Origin: an uncultured Gammaproteobacteria bacterium
Lineage (GTDB): Bacteria > Pseudomonadota > Gammaproteobacteria > UBA6002
NCBI GenBank assembly: GCA_963705725.1
Contig: CAVPKM010000007.1
Location: 32,001 to 96,000, forward strand
DNA: 64,000 nt
Direction of reading: 5' to 3'
Below are positions 1-11,958 of this stretch, piece by piece (position 1 is the first letter of the stretch; each line of letters opens with the position of its first letter). The position numbers and the translations under genes were made by a program. The notes beneath the pieces were generated by a model, which saw nothing but the letters and a program-made list of their open reading frames with translations, was not told the DNA's origin and searched no databases.

Positions 1-640
1 GACCATAAGTGTCATGAAAGTGAACGGCAAGAATTTCTAGCGGAACCTGCTGTTTCACGATGTGAATTAACTCTTTCACATAATTGGGCGTCCCAATGCC
101 AATCGTATCCCCTAAAGAAATTTCATCGCAACCCATTTGATGCAGTGTTTGGCACAACTTTGCGACGGTTTGTGGCATTACCTTGCCTTCATAGGGACAA
201 CCGAGGACGCAAGATAAATAACCTCTTACTCTAATCTGATTGTTAATTGCTTCTTGCACCACATTGCGATAATTTTTTAAACTTTCCGCAATCGAACAAT
301 TGATATTTTTTTGAGAAAAACTTTCAGAAGATGATGCAAAAATAGCGATTTCTTTGACACCAGCTTCCATTGCTCTGGCTAAACCTTTGAGATTAGGCAC
401 TAACGCGGAGTAATGTACGGCATTTTTTTTATGGATTTGCGTAAAGACTTCAAAAGCATCTGCTGTTTGTGGGATTTTTTTTGGTGATACAAAACTCGTT
501 ACTTCAATATTTTTTAACCCGGTTTCTGATAACTGATTGATTAGTGCTACCTTAACAGACGTAGGTATCTGCTGGTTTTCGTTTTGTAGTCCATCGCGTG
601 GGCTGACTTCAACCAGCTTAATGGAAGTGGGTAGCATCAT
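1..640 (-). CDS. hmgL: Hydroxymethylglutaryl-CoA lyase (runs off left edge)
   Basis: Manual translation MMLPTSIKLVEVSPRDGLQNE...IEVTSFVSPKKIPQ...GCDEISLGDTIG...HFHDTYG, the DRE-TIM HMG-CoA lyase signature; not in ORF track. Confidence 0.9.
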   Translation of the reverse strand, partial: MMLPTSIKLVEVSPRDGLQNENQQIPTSVKVALINQLSETGLKNIEVTSFVSPKKIPQTADAFEVFTQIHKKNAVHYSALVPNLKGLARAMEAGVKEIAIFASSSESFSQKNINCSIAESLKNYRNVVQEAINNQIRVRGYLSCVLGCPYEGKVMPQTVAKLCQTLHQMGCDEISLGDTIGIGTPNYVKELIHIVKQQVPLEILAVHFHDTYG

Positions 641-655
641 TTTTTAACCACTTAT

Positions 656-1973
656 CTAAAGTGTGACGATTCGTTTTTGCCATTTTGCTGCAATGGCCTT
701 TAGTGCTTCAAAATCAAAGGTAACAAGATTGCCATTGCGTAACAATTGTTTACCTGCTACCCATGAATCCGTGATTTGATGATTCGCTGCCGCATATACG
801 ATTTGAGAGATAGGATGATAAACAGGTAGGGTATTGACCTGCTCTAAATCAATGGCAATGAGGTCTGCTGCTTTCCCGAGTTCTATTGAGCCAATTTCCC
901 GGTCAAGTCCCATTGCTTTGGCGCCATTAATTGTCGCCATTTCTAGTGCTTGGATAGCAGGGACAGCGGTCGCGTTATTTGCAATAGTTTTTCCGATTAA
1001 GGCAGCTGTTCTCATTTCACTTAGCATATCCAGATCATTGTTACTTGCTGCCCCATCCGTCCCCAACGCAATGTTGATTTGATTTTGTTTCAGTTCTTCA
1101 ATTGGGCAATAACCGCTTGCGAGTTTTAAATCAGATTCGGGGCAATGGGTAATATGGATGCCCGTTTCTTGCATAATAGCCATGTCTTCTTCATTAATTT
1201 GTGTCATATGAACGGCTTGAAATCGGTTAGAGAGTAGACCAAGTGCGTAAAGACGTCGAAGAGGTCTTAGATTAAATTGTTTAATGCTTTCTTGGACTTC
1301 GTTTGCCGTTTCATGTAAGTGCATGTGGATAGGTAACTGATATTTTTCAGAATAATTTGCAATTTTTTCCAAAATCGCATTCGTTGTGCCGTAAGGGCTA
1401 TGCGGGGCAAGACTCCAGGTTAACAGCGGATGATGAGTAAACTGGTCTCTTGCTATCAAAAATTTATCAAAAGCCTCCGCTTCATGCTGAGACCAGCTAT
1501 TTGGAAAATTAATGATAGTGGAGCCGATGCAAGCGCGAATGCCATGCTGTAAGGCCGCCTTGGCAATAACCTCTGGGTAAAAAAAATGCTCGTTAAAACA
1601 AGTGGTCCCGGTTTTTAACATTTCCGCAATAGCAATTTGAGTGCCATCTTCAATAAATTCCTCACTGAGCCATTTCCGCTCTGCTGGCCAAATATGATTG
1701 TTCAGCCATTCCATCAGCGGTAAAATCATCCGCTAACCCTCTAAATAGTGTCATGGGGCTATGGGTATGTGCATTAATAAAACCCGGCAGCAACGCATGA
1801 GTGGGGAGGTGAATTTCCTGATCAGTTGTGAAGATTTCCTTCGCTTGCCTTTGTGGCAGAATCGCTTGGATTCGACCATCTTGGATAACGATGGCCTGAT
1901 GTTCATAAACACTGGCGCGAGGGATGATGGGAATGAGCCACCGACAATAAATAATGCTATCCGTTTCTTGCAT
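656..1973 (-). CDS. mtaD: TRZ/ATZ-family amidohydrolase (MTA/SAH deaminase), split by a +1 frameshift near 1722
   Basis: PGFINAHTH and FRGLADD in ORF 1662..2045 join LPLMEWL, HMHLHET, HCPES, LGTDGAASNN in ORF 656..1729; one extra base in the A4 run. Confidence 0.85.
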
Positions 1974-2106
1974 CAAATAATTCCTAAGTTTCTGTAATTT
2001 GTTAGAAGTAATATACCCTTCGCGAAAGGTATATTTTGAGGTCATTCTTTCTCTTTTGGACTAGGTGCTGTCAATAGAATAATCCATGAATGGGTAGAGG
2101 GAGCGA

Positions 2107-2131
2107 TTGGAGGCAGCTTAGCTACCTCCAA
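2107..2131. terminator. Hairpin downstream of Spy-like gene
   Basis: ttggaggcagc-tta-gctacctccaa inverted repeat. Confidence 0.5.
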
Positions 2132-2135
2132 ACGA

Positions 2136-2577
2136 TTAGTCACGTGCACAAGATTTAAATTTTGCTTCCATTTTGTCATCTGCATCTTTAATTTTTTTCT
2201 GTAGCATCGTTTTTTGATCAGGATTCAGGATAGTAGAGAATTTGATTCTCTGCCATCAATCGCATTTTCATTACATCACCAATTAGCTTGGTTTTTTGAT
2301 CAACCAATCCTTGTAACTTTCCTTCGTCCATGTTAGGGGAGTTAACTGCTTGCTTGATTTGAGGCTCAAGCGAATTCATCTGCTCTCCAGCAGATTTTAA
2401 GCCGGTTTTTAGTTTGTCTAAGATAGGTTGTATTTTAGATTTTTCTGTATCATCAAGCTTGATGGATTTCACCATATCACTCAAACTTTGTTTACAAAAA
2501 CTGCTGTCAGCAGAAGCTACTTGATTTAATAGCAAAGAAGAGGCGAGTGCCGCTATTGCTAGAAGTTGCTTTTTCAT
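2136..2577 (-). CDS. Spy/CpxP-like periplasmic helical protein, frameshifted near 2240
   Basis: Signal peptide MKKQLLAIAALAS; shifted frame gives TILNPDQKTMLQKKIK...CARD*, resembling the LTxxQ motif. Confidence 0.6.
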
Positions 2578-2757
2578 GAGTACCTCCAAAATAAATCTAA
2601 CGAATAACAAGTATAGCAATGATTTTACATTGAATTGGAAACCCGCTTACGTTCAGTTTGGCGCTAGGACTGTAATGTGGTAAAATCCCTTGTTCAGCAC
2701 TGAATAGTTACGAAATTTCCAAATCACCTCTTACCTCTTATTAAAGTTGAGCAGTAT

Positions 2758-5327
2758 ATGACAGAATTTGCCGGAGAAGTCATTTCCGTAAATATAGAAG
2801 AAGAGCTAAAGCACTCTTATCTTGATTATGCAATGAGTGTCATTGTGGGTAGGGCATTGCCAGACGTTAGAGATGGCTTAAAGCCCGTTCACAGACGCGT
2901 GCTTTTTGCGATGAGCGAGTTGAATAATGACTGGAATAAACCTTATAAAAAATCAGCTCGTATCGTGGGGGATGTAATTGGTAAATATCATCCGCATGGA
3001 GACTCGGCCGTCTATGATACCATCGTGCGTATGGCTCAACCTTTCTCATTGCGCTATTTGTTGATTGATGGTCAAGGAAATTTCGGATCTGTTGATGGTG
3101 ATGCGCCTGCTGCGATGCGGTATACCGAAATTAGGATGTCTAAATTTGCACATCGACTGCTTGCTGATCTCGATAAAGAAACAGTTGAATTTGTCCCCAA
3201 CTATGACGAAACTGAGCATGTTCCAACAGTCTTGCCCACACGCATTCCAAATTTGCTCGTCAATGGCGCATCAGGCATTGCAGTTGGTATGGCGACAAAT
3301 ATCCCCCTCATAATTTAACTGAAGTCATCAATGCTTGCATGGCGCTAATTGAGCAACCAGATCTGGAAATCAATGAATTAATGCAATATATCCCTGGCCC
3401 AGATTTTCCTACTGCTGCAATTATTAATGGTCGAGCAGGAATTCAAGAGGCTTATAAAACAGGGCGAGGTCGAATTTATTTGCGTGCGCGCACCTCAATT
3501 GAAACAGATGAAAATGCCAACAAGCAGACCATTTTAATTCATGAGCTACCTTATCAAGTTAATAAAGCTCGATTACTGGAAAAAATTGGAGAGCTCGTTA
3601 AAGAGAAAAAAATTGAGGGGATTACCGCAATTCGAGATGAATCCGATAAAGATGGGATGCGTGTTGTTATTGAACTCAGGCGTGCTGAAAATGGCGAAGT
3701 GGTGTTGAATAATCTTTATGCTCACACACAAATGGAGACAGTATTCGGCATCAATATTGTTGCGCTTGATCGGGGTCAGCCAAAGGTACTCAATCTAAAA
3801 GAATTATTGGATGCTTTTTTACAGCATCGACGAGAAGTGGTGACTCGGAGAACTATCTATGAACTTAGAAAGGCAAGAGAAAGAGCGCATATTTTAGAGG
3901 GTTTAGGCATTGCCTTAGTGAATATTGATAAAATGATTGCCCTTATTAAAGCCGCTCCCAATCCTGCTCATGCAAAAGAAGCGTTACTTGAAGAAGCTTG
4001 GCAAATTAAAGAAATCGCCACATTACTCGAACGAACAGAAAGTCTAATCACTCGACCGATTGATTTAGACAGTAAATATGGGCTCAAAGATCAAGGCTAT
4101 TATCTTTCACCTGCTCAAGCTCAGGCTATTTTGGAATTACGGTTACATCGCCTCACCGGATTAGAACAAGAAAAAATTTTTACAGAATACCAAAATCTCA
4201 TTGAATTAATTCATGACCTTCTGGATATTTTAGAAAACCCTGCTCGATTGATGCAGGTAATTCGCGAAGAATTAGACGAAATTAGAGCCGAATTTGGTGA
4301 TGGGAGACGAACAGAGATCATAGATAGCAAGGAAGAGCTTTCTTTGGAAGATCTGATTACTGAAGAAGAGGTAGTGGTGACAATATCTCATCATGGTTAT
4401 GCCAAGACCCAATCATTGGATGCTTATCAAGCACAGCGTCGAGGTGGTCGTGGTAAGTCTGCGACTCATGTCAAAGAAGAAGATTATGTTACCACACTTC
4501 TCATCGCTAATACCCATGATACGATTTTATGCTTTTCTAATTCAGGAAAGGTCTATTGGCTAAAAGTTTATCAAATTCCACAAGCTAGCCGCATATCATT
4601 AGGTCGTCCCTTAGTGAATTTGCTTCCTTTAGGCTCTGAAGAGCGAATTAGCGCAATTTTATCTGTCAAGGAATTTTCTGAAGACCAATACATTATGATG
4701 GTGACGAGTCAAGGGGTAATAAAGAAGGTATCTCTCGAGCAATTTTCTCGTCCAAGATCAAATGGCATTATTGCGTTAGATATGCTGCCAGGTGATGATT
4801 TAGTTGGCGTTCAGTTAACCGATGGACATCAAGATGTCATGCTGTTTTCAAATAACGGAAAGGTTATTCGATTTAAAGAAGATGAAGTTAGAGCTATGGG
4901 TAGGGTAGCGCGTGGTGTAAGAGGAATGCGCTTGTCAGAAGACCAACGAGTGATTGCTTTAATTGTGGCGAAACGAGAAGGAGCCATTCTAACTGCAACG
5001 GAAAATGGTTATGGTAAACGGACGGATATTAGCGAATACAGATGCACCGGACGAGGAGGTCAAGGTGTGATCTCCATTCAAGTAAATGAGCGAAATGGTG
5101 GGGTAGTAGGAGCGGTTCAAGTGAGTGATGAAGATGAAATTTTGCTTATTAGTGATCAAGGAACAATGGTTCGAACAAGGGTAAGTGAAGTTTCTTTATT
5201 AAGCCGTAATACACAAGGTGTACGTTTAATTAATTTAGCAAATGATGAAAAACTTGTTGGCATTCAACCTGTTATTGAAAAATTGGAACAAGATGTAGCG
5301 GATGATGCGGATGATGCGGATGATTAG
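2758..5327 (+). CDS. gyrA: DNA gyrase subunit A, split by a -1 frameshift in the C run at ~3303-3307
   Basis: [33 protein letters not shown], GyrA box QRRGGRG; adding one C restores [14 protein letters not shown]. Confidence 0.97.
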
Positions 5328-5336
5328 GATATAACC

Positions 5337-6422
5337 ATGGAAAATCGTATTTTTAATTTTAGCGCCGGGCCTGCTAGCCTGCCTTTTGAAGTCATGCAAC
5401 AAGCAAAAGATGAATTCATGAATTGGAATGGGACAGGGATGGGGGTGATGGAAATCAGTCATCGTAGTCCGGAATACCTGGTAGTTGCAGAGGAAGCTGA
5501 ATTTGATCTACGTGAATTGTTAACCATTCCCAAAAACTACAAAGTACTTTTTTTGCAAGGCGGAGCGCGTAGTCAATTTTCAATGGTTCCTCTTAACCTA
5601 CTACGTGGCAAAACGACAGCTGACTATCTCGATACCGGTATTTGGTCCACGCTTGCAATGAAGGAGGGGGCGAGATATTGTGAAGTTAACCTTGTGGCTT
5701 CAAGTCGAGAAGAAAATTATTGTACGATTCCTCCCGAAAGTCAGTGGCATGTAAATGAAAAAGCGGCCTACTTTCACTATGTAGATAATGAAACAGTCAA
5801 CGGCGTCGAATTTAAAGCCATCCCACCCATCCGTCATGCGCCATTAGTTTCAGATATGTCTTCAAATTTTTTAACCAGACCTTTTGATATTACTCAGTTT
5901 GGATTAATTTATGCCGGAGCTCAAAAAAATATCGCTCCAGCGGGATTAACTCTGGTTGTTGTTCGAGAAGATTTAATCGGTCAAGCGTTACCCATTACAC
6001 CAACGATGTTTAATTATGAAGTCCATGCAAAAGAAAACTCAATGTATAACACCCCTCCCACCTTTGCTTGGTATATGGCAGGACTAACTTTTAAGTGGTT
6101 AAAAAAATTAGGTGGACTCAAGGCCATAGCTAGGCAAAATCTAGAAAAATCGAACTTATTGTACCAAGCAATCGATCAAAATGATTTTTATATTAACGAG
6201 ATCGATCCACAGTATCGATCCCGGGTGAATGTTGTATTTAAATTAAAAGATGAAAAGTTGAATGAACTATTTTTAAAGCAGGCAGACCAAGCAGGACTAG
6301 CTTATTTAAAAGGTCATAAGCTAGTAGGAGGAATGCGAGCCAGTCTTTACAATGCGATGCCCTTGGAAGGAGTAAAAGGTTTGGTTGCGTTCATGCATGA
6401 TTTTTCAAGGCAATATGGGTAA
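5337..6422 (+). CDS. serC: Phosphoserine aminotransferase
   Basis: FNFSAGPA, MEISHRS, DMSS, YAGAQKN, GGMRASLYNA. Confidence 0.96.
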   Translation: MENRIFNFSAGPASLPFEVMQQAKDEFMNWNGTGMGVMEISHRSPEYLVVAEEAEFDLRELLTIPKNYKVLFLQGGARSQFSMVPLNLLRGKTTADYLDTGIWSTLAMKEGARYCEVNLVASSREENYCTIPPESQWHVNEKAAYFHYVDNETVNGVEFKAIPPIRHAPLVSDMSSNFLTRPFDITQFGLIYAGAQKNIAPAGLTLVVVREDLIGQALPITPTMFNYEVHAKENSMYNTPPTFAWYMAGLTFKWLKKLGGLKAIARQNLEKSNLLYQAIDQNDFYINEIDPQYRSRVNVVFKLKDEKLNELFLKQADQAGLAYLKGHKLVGGMRASLYNAMPLEGVKGLVAFMHDFSRQYG

Positions 6423-6427
6423 GCTTA

Positions 6428-7747
6428 ATGACAAATAGCCTTTCTTATCAAGTCAGTCCAGCTAGGTCACTTCAAGGTGAAATTTGGGTGCCAGGCGATA
6501 AATCCATTTCTCATCGTGCTGCAATTTTGGGAGCATTGTCAGAGGGAACAACGGTTATTAAAGGATTTTTGCAATCAAAAGATACGCTAGCCACACTTAA
6601 TGCCATTAAAATCTTGGGTATCAAGATTGACTCCAATGAAGAGGAAACAATTATTCAAGGTAAGGGCTTGCATGGGCTTGAGGCGCCACGCCAAGCGCTA
6701 GATTGCGGAAACTCAGGCACATCGATGCGACTTTTAACCGGTGTCCTAGCAGGTCAACATTTTGATAGCGAACTGACAGGTGATTTATCATTACAAAAAA
6801 GACCGATGCAGCGTATTATTGACCCCTTAGTAGCGATGGGAGCGCAGATTGCAAGCGAATCCGGTTTGGCTCCGCTTTTTATTCATGGTACTAAAAAATT
6901 AAATCCCTTGACCTATATAATGCCGGTTGCCAGTGCTCAAGTAAAATCTTGCTTATTGCTGGCCGGTCTTTATGTCGAAGGAGAAGTGACGATTGTTTCT
7001 CCTATTGCTACTCGTGATCATACCGAAAGAATGTTAGCGGCTTTTCAGTATGAGGTTTATTCTTCAGGTCACAAAGTCCGAATTAAAGGTGCTGGGAAGC
7101 TGCATCCCACTTACATTGAAGTTCCTTGTGATATTTCTTCAGCAGCATTTTTTATTGTCGCAGCAACGCTGGTTCCAGGTTCTGACATTCTGCTGAAAAA
7201 TATAGGCATTAATCCTTATCGAATCGGCATTATACATATTTTGCGATTAATGGGCGCTAACATTACTTTTGAGCAAGAAACAAACATTGGTGATGAATAT
7301 GTAGCAGATATCCGAGTCCGCTCAGCTTCCCTACACGGGATTGATATTCCACTCGATCACGTGCCTTTAGCAATTGACGAGTTTCCAGTAATTTTCATCG
7401 CAGCGGCTTTTGCTCACGGTGTCACAATTTTGCGTGGAGCAGAAGAGCTACATGTCAAAGAATCAGATCGTATTCATGTGATGGCAAAAGGTTTAAACAA
7501 TTTGGGTATTCATGTAGATGAGAATCCTGACGGCATGACGATTAGCGGTGGTAAACTACGTGGCGGGACAGTAGATAGTGATGGTGATCATCGTGTTGCC
7601 ATGTCTTTTGCGATAGCAGGCTTGGTTGCAAAAGATGAAGTAGTGGTGAAAAATTGTGCCAATGTGGTGACTTCATTTCCTAATTTTGTGCAGCTATTAC
7701 AATCACTAGGCGTTCAGATCTCAGTCTGCCATGCTCACTTGTGCTAA
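6428..7747 (+). CDS. aroA: EPSP synthase
   Basis: PGDKSISHR, DCGNSGT, SAQVKS, RDHTERM, KESDRI, DHRVAM. Confidence 0.96.
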   Translation: MTNSLSYQVSPARSLQGEIWVPGDKSISHRAAILGALSEGTTVIKGFLQSKDTLATLNAIKILGIKIDSNEEETIIQGKGLHGLEAPRQALDCGNSGTSMRLLTGVLAGQHFDSELTGDLSLQKRPMQRIIDPLVAMGAQIASESGLAPLFIHGTKKLNPLTYIMPVASAQVKSCLLLAGLYVEGEVTIVSPIATRDHTERMLAAFQYEVYSSGHKVRIKGAGKLHPTYIEVPCDISSAAFFIVAATLVPGSDILLKNIGINPYRIGIIHILRLMGANITFEQETNIGDEYVADIRVRSASLHGIDIPLDHVPLAIDEFPVIFIAAAFAHGVTILRGAEELHVKESDRIHVMAKGLNNLGIHVDENPDGMTISGGKLRGGTVDSDGDHRVAMSFAIAGLVAKDEVVVKNCANVVTSFPNFVQLLQSLGVQISVCHAHLC

Positions 7748-8474
7748 TAGTTACCCAAAAATAATTGAGAAGTTTGTGATATATCATTCCCACGTAATTA
7801 CGATTGATGGTCCGAGTGGTTCTGGAAAAGGAACAATGGCGAAGCTCATTGCAAAGACTTTAGGATGGCATTATCTAGAAAGCGGCGCATTATATAGAGT
7901 ACTGGCTTTTGCAGCGATCAAAAAAGACATTAAGCTCGATGATGTTGATGCTTTGGCTCATGAAGCGAGTTTATTGCCAGTGAGGTTTGACCCAAAAGAC
8001 GAGAGTAAAATCTATTGGGAAAATCATGAAGTCACTGATGAAATCCATACCGAATTTTATGGAAATCTTGCGTCTCAAATCGCTGCAATTCCCACTGTTC
8101 GAGAAGCGCTGCTTGCTAGACAACGTATTTTTAAAGCCTCTCCTGGCCTAGTAACAGATGGCAGGGATATGGGTACCATGGTTTTTCCTGATGCAGAATT
8201 AAAATTTTTTCTGACAGCAGGGCGAGAGGAAAGAGCGAAAAGGCGATACGCGCAGTTGAAACAAAAAGGGATTAATGTTAGCCTCGAGAGCGTAATAAAC
8301 GAATTGACCGAACGTGACTATCGAGATGAAAATCGAATTGCTTCGCCGCTAAAACCTGCTGCAGACGCAATATTGATCGATTCAACCTCACTTAATGTTG
8401 AGCAGACATTTATAGAAATTATCAGTCGTGTTCGTGAAACATTTGGGACCTCTACTGACTTATATCCTTCATGA
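7731..8474 (+). CDS. cmk: Cytidylate kinase (start uncertain)
   Basis: ITIDGPSGSGKGT, DGRDMGT; lies between aroA and rpsA. Confidence 0.94.
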   Translation: MLTCANSYPKIIEKFVIYHSHVITIDGPSGSGKGTMAKLIAKTLGWHYLESGALYRVLAFAAIKKDIKLDDVDALAHEASLLPVRFDPKDESKIYWENHEVTDEIHTEFYGNLASQIAAIPTVREALLARQRIFKASPGLVTDGRDMGTMVFPDAELKFFLTAGREERAKRRYAQLKQKGINVSLESVINELTERDYRDENRIASPLKPAADAILIDSTSLNVEQTFIEIISRVRETFGTSTDLYPS

Positions 8475-8564
8475 AGGGAAGGGTCTATATCGTAGAGGCT
8501 TGTTAATTAACTATCATGCTAGGAGCATGATCCATCTAGAAATGGATTTTGTTAAGGTTATTAT

Positions 8565-10238
8565 ATGTCAGAAAATTTTGCGCAATTACTTAAAGAAAGC
8601 TTAGAGCAAATCGATCTACGTCCCGGTTCTGTTATTACTGCCACCATCACACAGATTGGTCAAGATGCAGTGATCGTTAATGCCGGTCTTAAATCAGACG
8701 CGATTATTTCCATTGATGAATTTCTAGATGATCATGGTAAACTTCAAGTTAAACCAGGCGAAAAAGTTAAGGTTGTCGTTGAAACTATTGAGGATGGGTT
8801 TGGTGAAACCCGTTTATCCCGCGAGAAAGCAAAGCGTGCAGAGGCATGGCGAATTCTCGAAAATGCTTATGAAAAAAAGGAAACCGTACAAGGCGTGATC
8901 ACAGAGCGCGTAAAAGGCGGATTTACCGTTTCTGTCAATTCTATTCGCGCGTTTTTACCTGGATCACTTGTTGACGTCAGGCCGGTGCGTGATCCTTCAT
9001 TCCTTGAAGGCAAAGAGCTTGGTTTCAAAATTATTAAAATGGACAAAAAACGCAGCAACATCGTTGTTTCTCGTCGAGCAGTGGTTGAAGAGGAATCCGG
9101 ATCAGAACGCGAAGCATTGCTTGAAAACCTTCAAGAAGGTCAAGTTGTCACAGGTGTAGTAAAAAATATTACCGATTATGGTGCCTTTGTTGATTTAGGC
9201 GGAGTAGATGGCTTATTGCATATCACCGATATGTCTTGGAAGCGTGTTAAACATCCTAGTGAGATGTTAACGGTAGGGGAAGAAATTACCGTTAAAGTCT
9301 TGAAGTATGATCGAGATAAAAAGCGTGTTTCATTAGGCTTAAAACAATTAGGTGAAGATCCTTGGTCAAATATTGCAAGACGATATCCAGTTGGTACGCG
9401 TTTATTTGGTAATGTGACAAATCTTGCAGATTATGGTTGCTTTGTGGAAATTGAAAATGGCATAGAAGGTTTAGTCCATATGTCAGAAATGGATTGGACG
9501 AATAAAAACATCCACCCAGCTAAAGTTGTACAAATTGGCGATGAAGTTGAAGTAATGGTGTTAGATATTGATGAAGAAAGACGCCGAATTTCGCTTGGTA
9601 TCAAACAGTGTCAACCTAATCCTTGGAAAGAATTTTCAGAGCATCATGAAAAAGATGAAGTGGTTAAGGGAAGCATCAAATCTATTACAGATTTTGGTAT
9701 ATTCATTGGGCTAGAAGGTGGAATTGATGGCTTAGTTCATTTATCAGATATTTCTTGGAAAGAATCTGGAGAGGAAGCGGTTCGTCGTTACAAAAAAGGC
9801 CAAGAAGTTGAGGCAATCATTCTTGCAATTGATCCAGAACGCGAACGAATTTCACTGGGTATTAAACAATTGGAACATGATCCTTTTGGTAAGTTCGCGG
9901 ACGAACATGAAAGAGGCGATGCCATTAAAGGAAAAGTAATTGAAGTTGAAGCTAAACACGCGGTGATTGCAATTACAGACGATGTGCAAGGCCAGCTACG
10001 TGCTGTAGATTTAGTAGATGAGCGAGTTAAAGATGTTAGAGAACACCTAAAAGAAGGTGATGAAATCGAAACAAAAATCGCAAATATTGATCGAAAAAAT
10101 CGTGTTATTAATTTAACTATGCGTGAAATTGAGCAACAACCAGCACCAACAGTCAAGCGTAGTAAACCTGAAGCTCCTACCGCTACCACACTTGGAGATC
10201 TCTTAAAAGAGCAGATCGAAGCTAAAAAAGAGGAGTAG
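8565..10238 (+). CDS. rpsA: 30S ribosomal protein S1
   Basis: Six S1 repeats ([19 protein letters not shown] etc.). Confidence 0.97.
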   Translation: MSENFAQLLKESLEQIDLRPGSVITATITQIGQDAVIVNAGLKSDAIISIDEFLDDHGKLQVKPGEKVKVVVETIEDGFGETRLSREKAKRAEAWRILENAYEKKETVQGVITERVKGGFTVSVNSIRAFLPGSLVDVRPVRDPSFLEGKELGFKIIKMDKKRSNIVVSRRAVVEEESGSEREALLENLQEGQVVTGVVKNITDYGAFVDLGGVDGLLHITDMSWKRVKHPSEMLTVGEEITVKVLKYDRDKKRVSLGLKQLGEDPWSNIARRYPVGTRLFGNVTNLADYGCFVEIENGIEGLVHMSEMDWTNKNIHPAKVVQIGDEVEVMVLDIDEERRRISLGIKQCQPNPWKEFSEHHEKDEVVKGSIKSITDFGIFIGLEGGIDGLVHLSDISWKESGEEAVRRYKKGQEVEAIILAIDPERERISLGIKQLEHDPFGKFADEHERGDAIKGKVIEVEAKHAVIAITDDVQGQLRAVDLVDERVKDVREHLKEGDEIETKIANIDRKNRVINLTMREIEQQPAPTVKRSKPEAPTATTLGDLLKEQIEAKKEE

Positions 10239-10277
10239 TTACCAACTACTTCAGCACAGATGCGAGTGCCGGTCCTT

Positions 10278-10308
10278 TGTCGTCCCGCGGCTTGTCCGCG
10301 GGATGATA
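10278..10308. repeat. REP/RPE-like palindrome, copy 1
   Basis: tgtcgtcccgcggcttgtccgcgggatgata stem-loop, similar to 10654-10684. Confidence 0.6.
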
Positions 10309-10367
10309 TCTGAACGTTTTAGTTGTCTAGTTCAACGCCATTGCTTACTAAAATAGCTGGGATTTTT

Positions 10368-10640
10368 ATGAAAATTTTCACCTATGTGATTGCCATCATT
10401 TTAATACTTTTCGGTTTATCCTTCGCGCTGTTAAATGCAAATGCCGTTAAATTGGATTATTATTTTGGTTCTGTGGATATCTCATTATCTTTATTGCTTA
10501 TCCTGACGGTCGGTCTTGGTATCTTGATTGGATTAATGTTTTCTCTTGCACCCTTATTAAAACTCAAGCGCAAAAACTATCAGCTGCGTTCACGGATCAA
10601 ACAGCTTGAGAATGAAATATTGGCTGACAAATCAACCTAA
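10368..10640 (+). CDS. lapA: LPS assembly protein A
   Basis: Two TM segments, FALLNANAVKLDYYFG, upstream of lapB. Confidence 0.85.
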   Translation: MKIFTYVIAIILILFGLSFALLNANAVKLDYYFGSVDISLSLLLILTVGLGILIGLMFSLAPLLKLKRKNYQLRSRIKQLENEILADKST

Positions 10641-10653
10641 ATAATTCCCCCAA

Positions 10654-10684
10654 GCCTTCCTGCGGCTTGTTCGCGGGATCCAAG
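10654..10684. repeat. REP/RPE-like palindrome, copy 2
   Basis: gccttcctgcggcttgttcgcgggatccaag. Confidence 0.55.
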
Positions 10685-10744
10685 TAAATTTTCTATAACC
10701 AAGGGCATAGGGTATAGGGCATAGTTACCTAAAGGATTAGTTAC

Positions 10745-11908
10745 ATGATAGAACTTTTACTACTTTTACTTCCAGTTGCCTCTGTTTCTGGATGGTACAT
10801 GGGTAGGAGAAGTCAACAGGTTCCAGAAAATTTAACGAATATTTTACATCGCGACTATTTTATCGGTCTGAATTACTTAATTAATGAACAACCAGATAAA
10901 GCAGTAGATATTTTTATTAAGCTGCTAGCGGTAGATCGGGATACAATTGATACACACTTAGCCTTGGGCAGTCTTTTTCGAAAAAGAGGGGAGGTGGATA
11001 GAGCAATTCGCATACATCAAAATCTAATTACACGACCTCAGCTCGAACAGGCGCAAAGAATAGAAGCGATTCATGAACTCGCTCAAGATTATCTTCGCGC
11101 TGGCGTTTTAGATCAAGCCGAAAGGCTTTTTTTGGAATTAATAAATAAAAATCAGCAAATGTCTTCTAGCCTTCGCTTTTTATTGAGCATTTATCAACAA
11201 CAAAAAGATTGGCATCAAGCAATCAAAACAGCAACCCTCCTCCAAAAAGAGGCGGGTGAAAAAATGCAAGCTACTATTGCACATTACTATTGTGAGCTTG
11301 CTGAAAATGACCGTTCTGAAGCAGAAGCTGATAAAATTTTAATGTATTTAAATCATGCCCTTTCAATTGATCCCAATTGCGTGCGAGCAAGCTTTGCTTT
11401 AGCAGAAGTTGCAATTAGAATTGGAGATTATGAAGCTGCAATTGTTCATTATAAAACTATACCTTCGCAAGATCTTGATTATCTTTCAGAAACCATGGTT
11501 CCACTGCGTTTTTGTTATGAAAAACTCAAGCAAGAAGAAGAATATATTAATTATCTCTGGTCACATTTAACAAAAAATCCGCGAACAACGATTGTGATTG
11601 CTATATCTGAATACATTAAGAAACAAGAGGGGATTAGAGCGGCAATTAACTTTCTTGCGGAACAGATCCGAAAGTCTCCTTCATTAAGAGGATTAAATCA
11701 CTTAATCCAACTTTATCTCGATATCTCAACAGGAGATGCAAAGGATAAACTCCGATTGCTACAGGACCTGGTCGTCACCTTAATAACAGACAAACCGACT
11801 TATCGTTGTAATGATTGTGGTTTTGCTACTTCTACCCTATATTGGTACTGTCCAGGCTGTAAGCATTGGAGCACCGTTCGTCCTTTGACCGGGGTAGTCG
11901 GGACTTAA
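10745..11908 (+). CDS. lapB: LPS assembly protein B
   Basis: N-terminal TM, TPRs (GEVDRAIRIHQNL), C-terminal CxxC...WYCPGC rubredoxin domain. Confidence 0.94.
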   Translation: MIELLLLLLPVASVSGWYMGRRSQQVPENLTNILHRDYFIGLNYLINEQPDKAVDIFIKLLAVDRDTIDTHLALGSLFRKRGEVDRAIRIHQNLITRPQLEQAQRIEAIHELAQDYLRAGVLDQAERLFLELINKNQQMSSSLRFLLSIYQQQKDWHQAIKTATLLQKEAGEKMQATIAHYYCELAENDRSEAEADKILMYLNHALSIDPNCVRASFALAEVAIRIGDYEAAIVHYKTIPSQDLDYLSETMVPLRFCYEKLKQEEEYINYLWSHLTKNPRTTIVIAISEYIKKQEGIRAAINFLAEQIRKSPSLRGLNHLIQLYLDISTGDAKDKLRLLQDLVVTLITDKPTYRCNDCGFATSTLYWYCPGCKHWSTVRPLTGVVGT

Positions 11909-11958
11909 AAAACAAGGTACGCTATACACAAAGTGACTGGATAAAAAATAGTTTGACT

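Noticed and set aside
1715-1730. mtaD as two genes or a pseudogene
   Set aside because: One extra base in a homopolymer; both halves are otherwise intact
3295-3345. Split gyrA as programmed frameshift or pseudogene
   Set aside because: Essential gene with one base missing in a C run; similar indels in mtaD, the Spy-like gene, tpm and rhs point to assembly error
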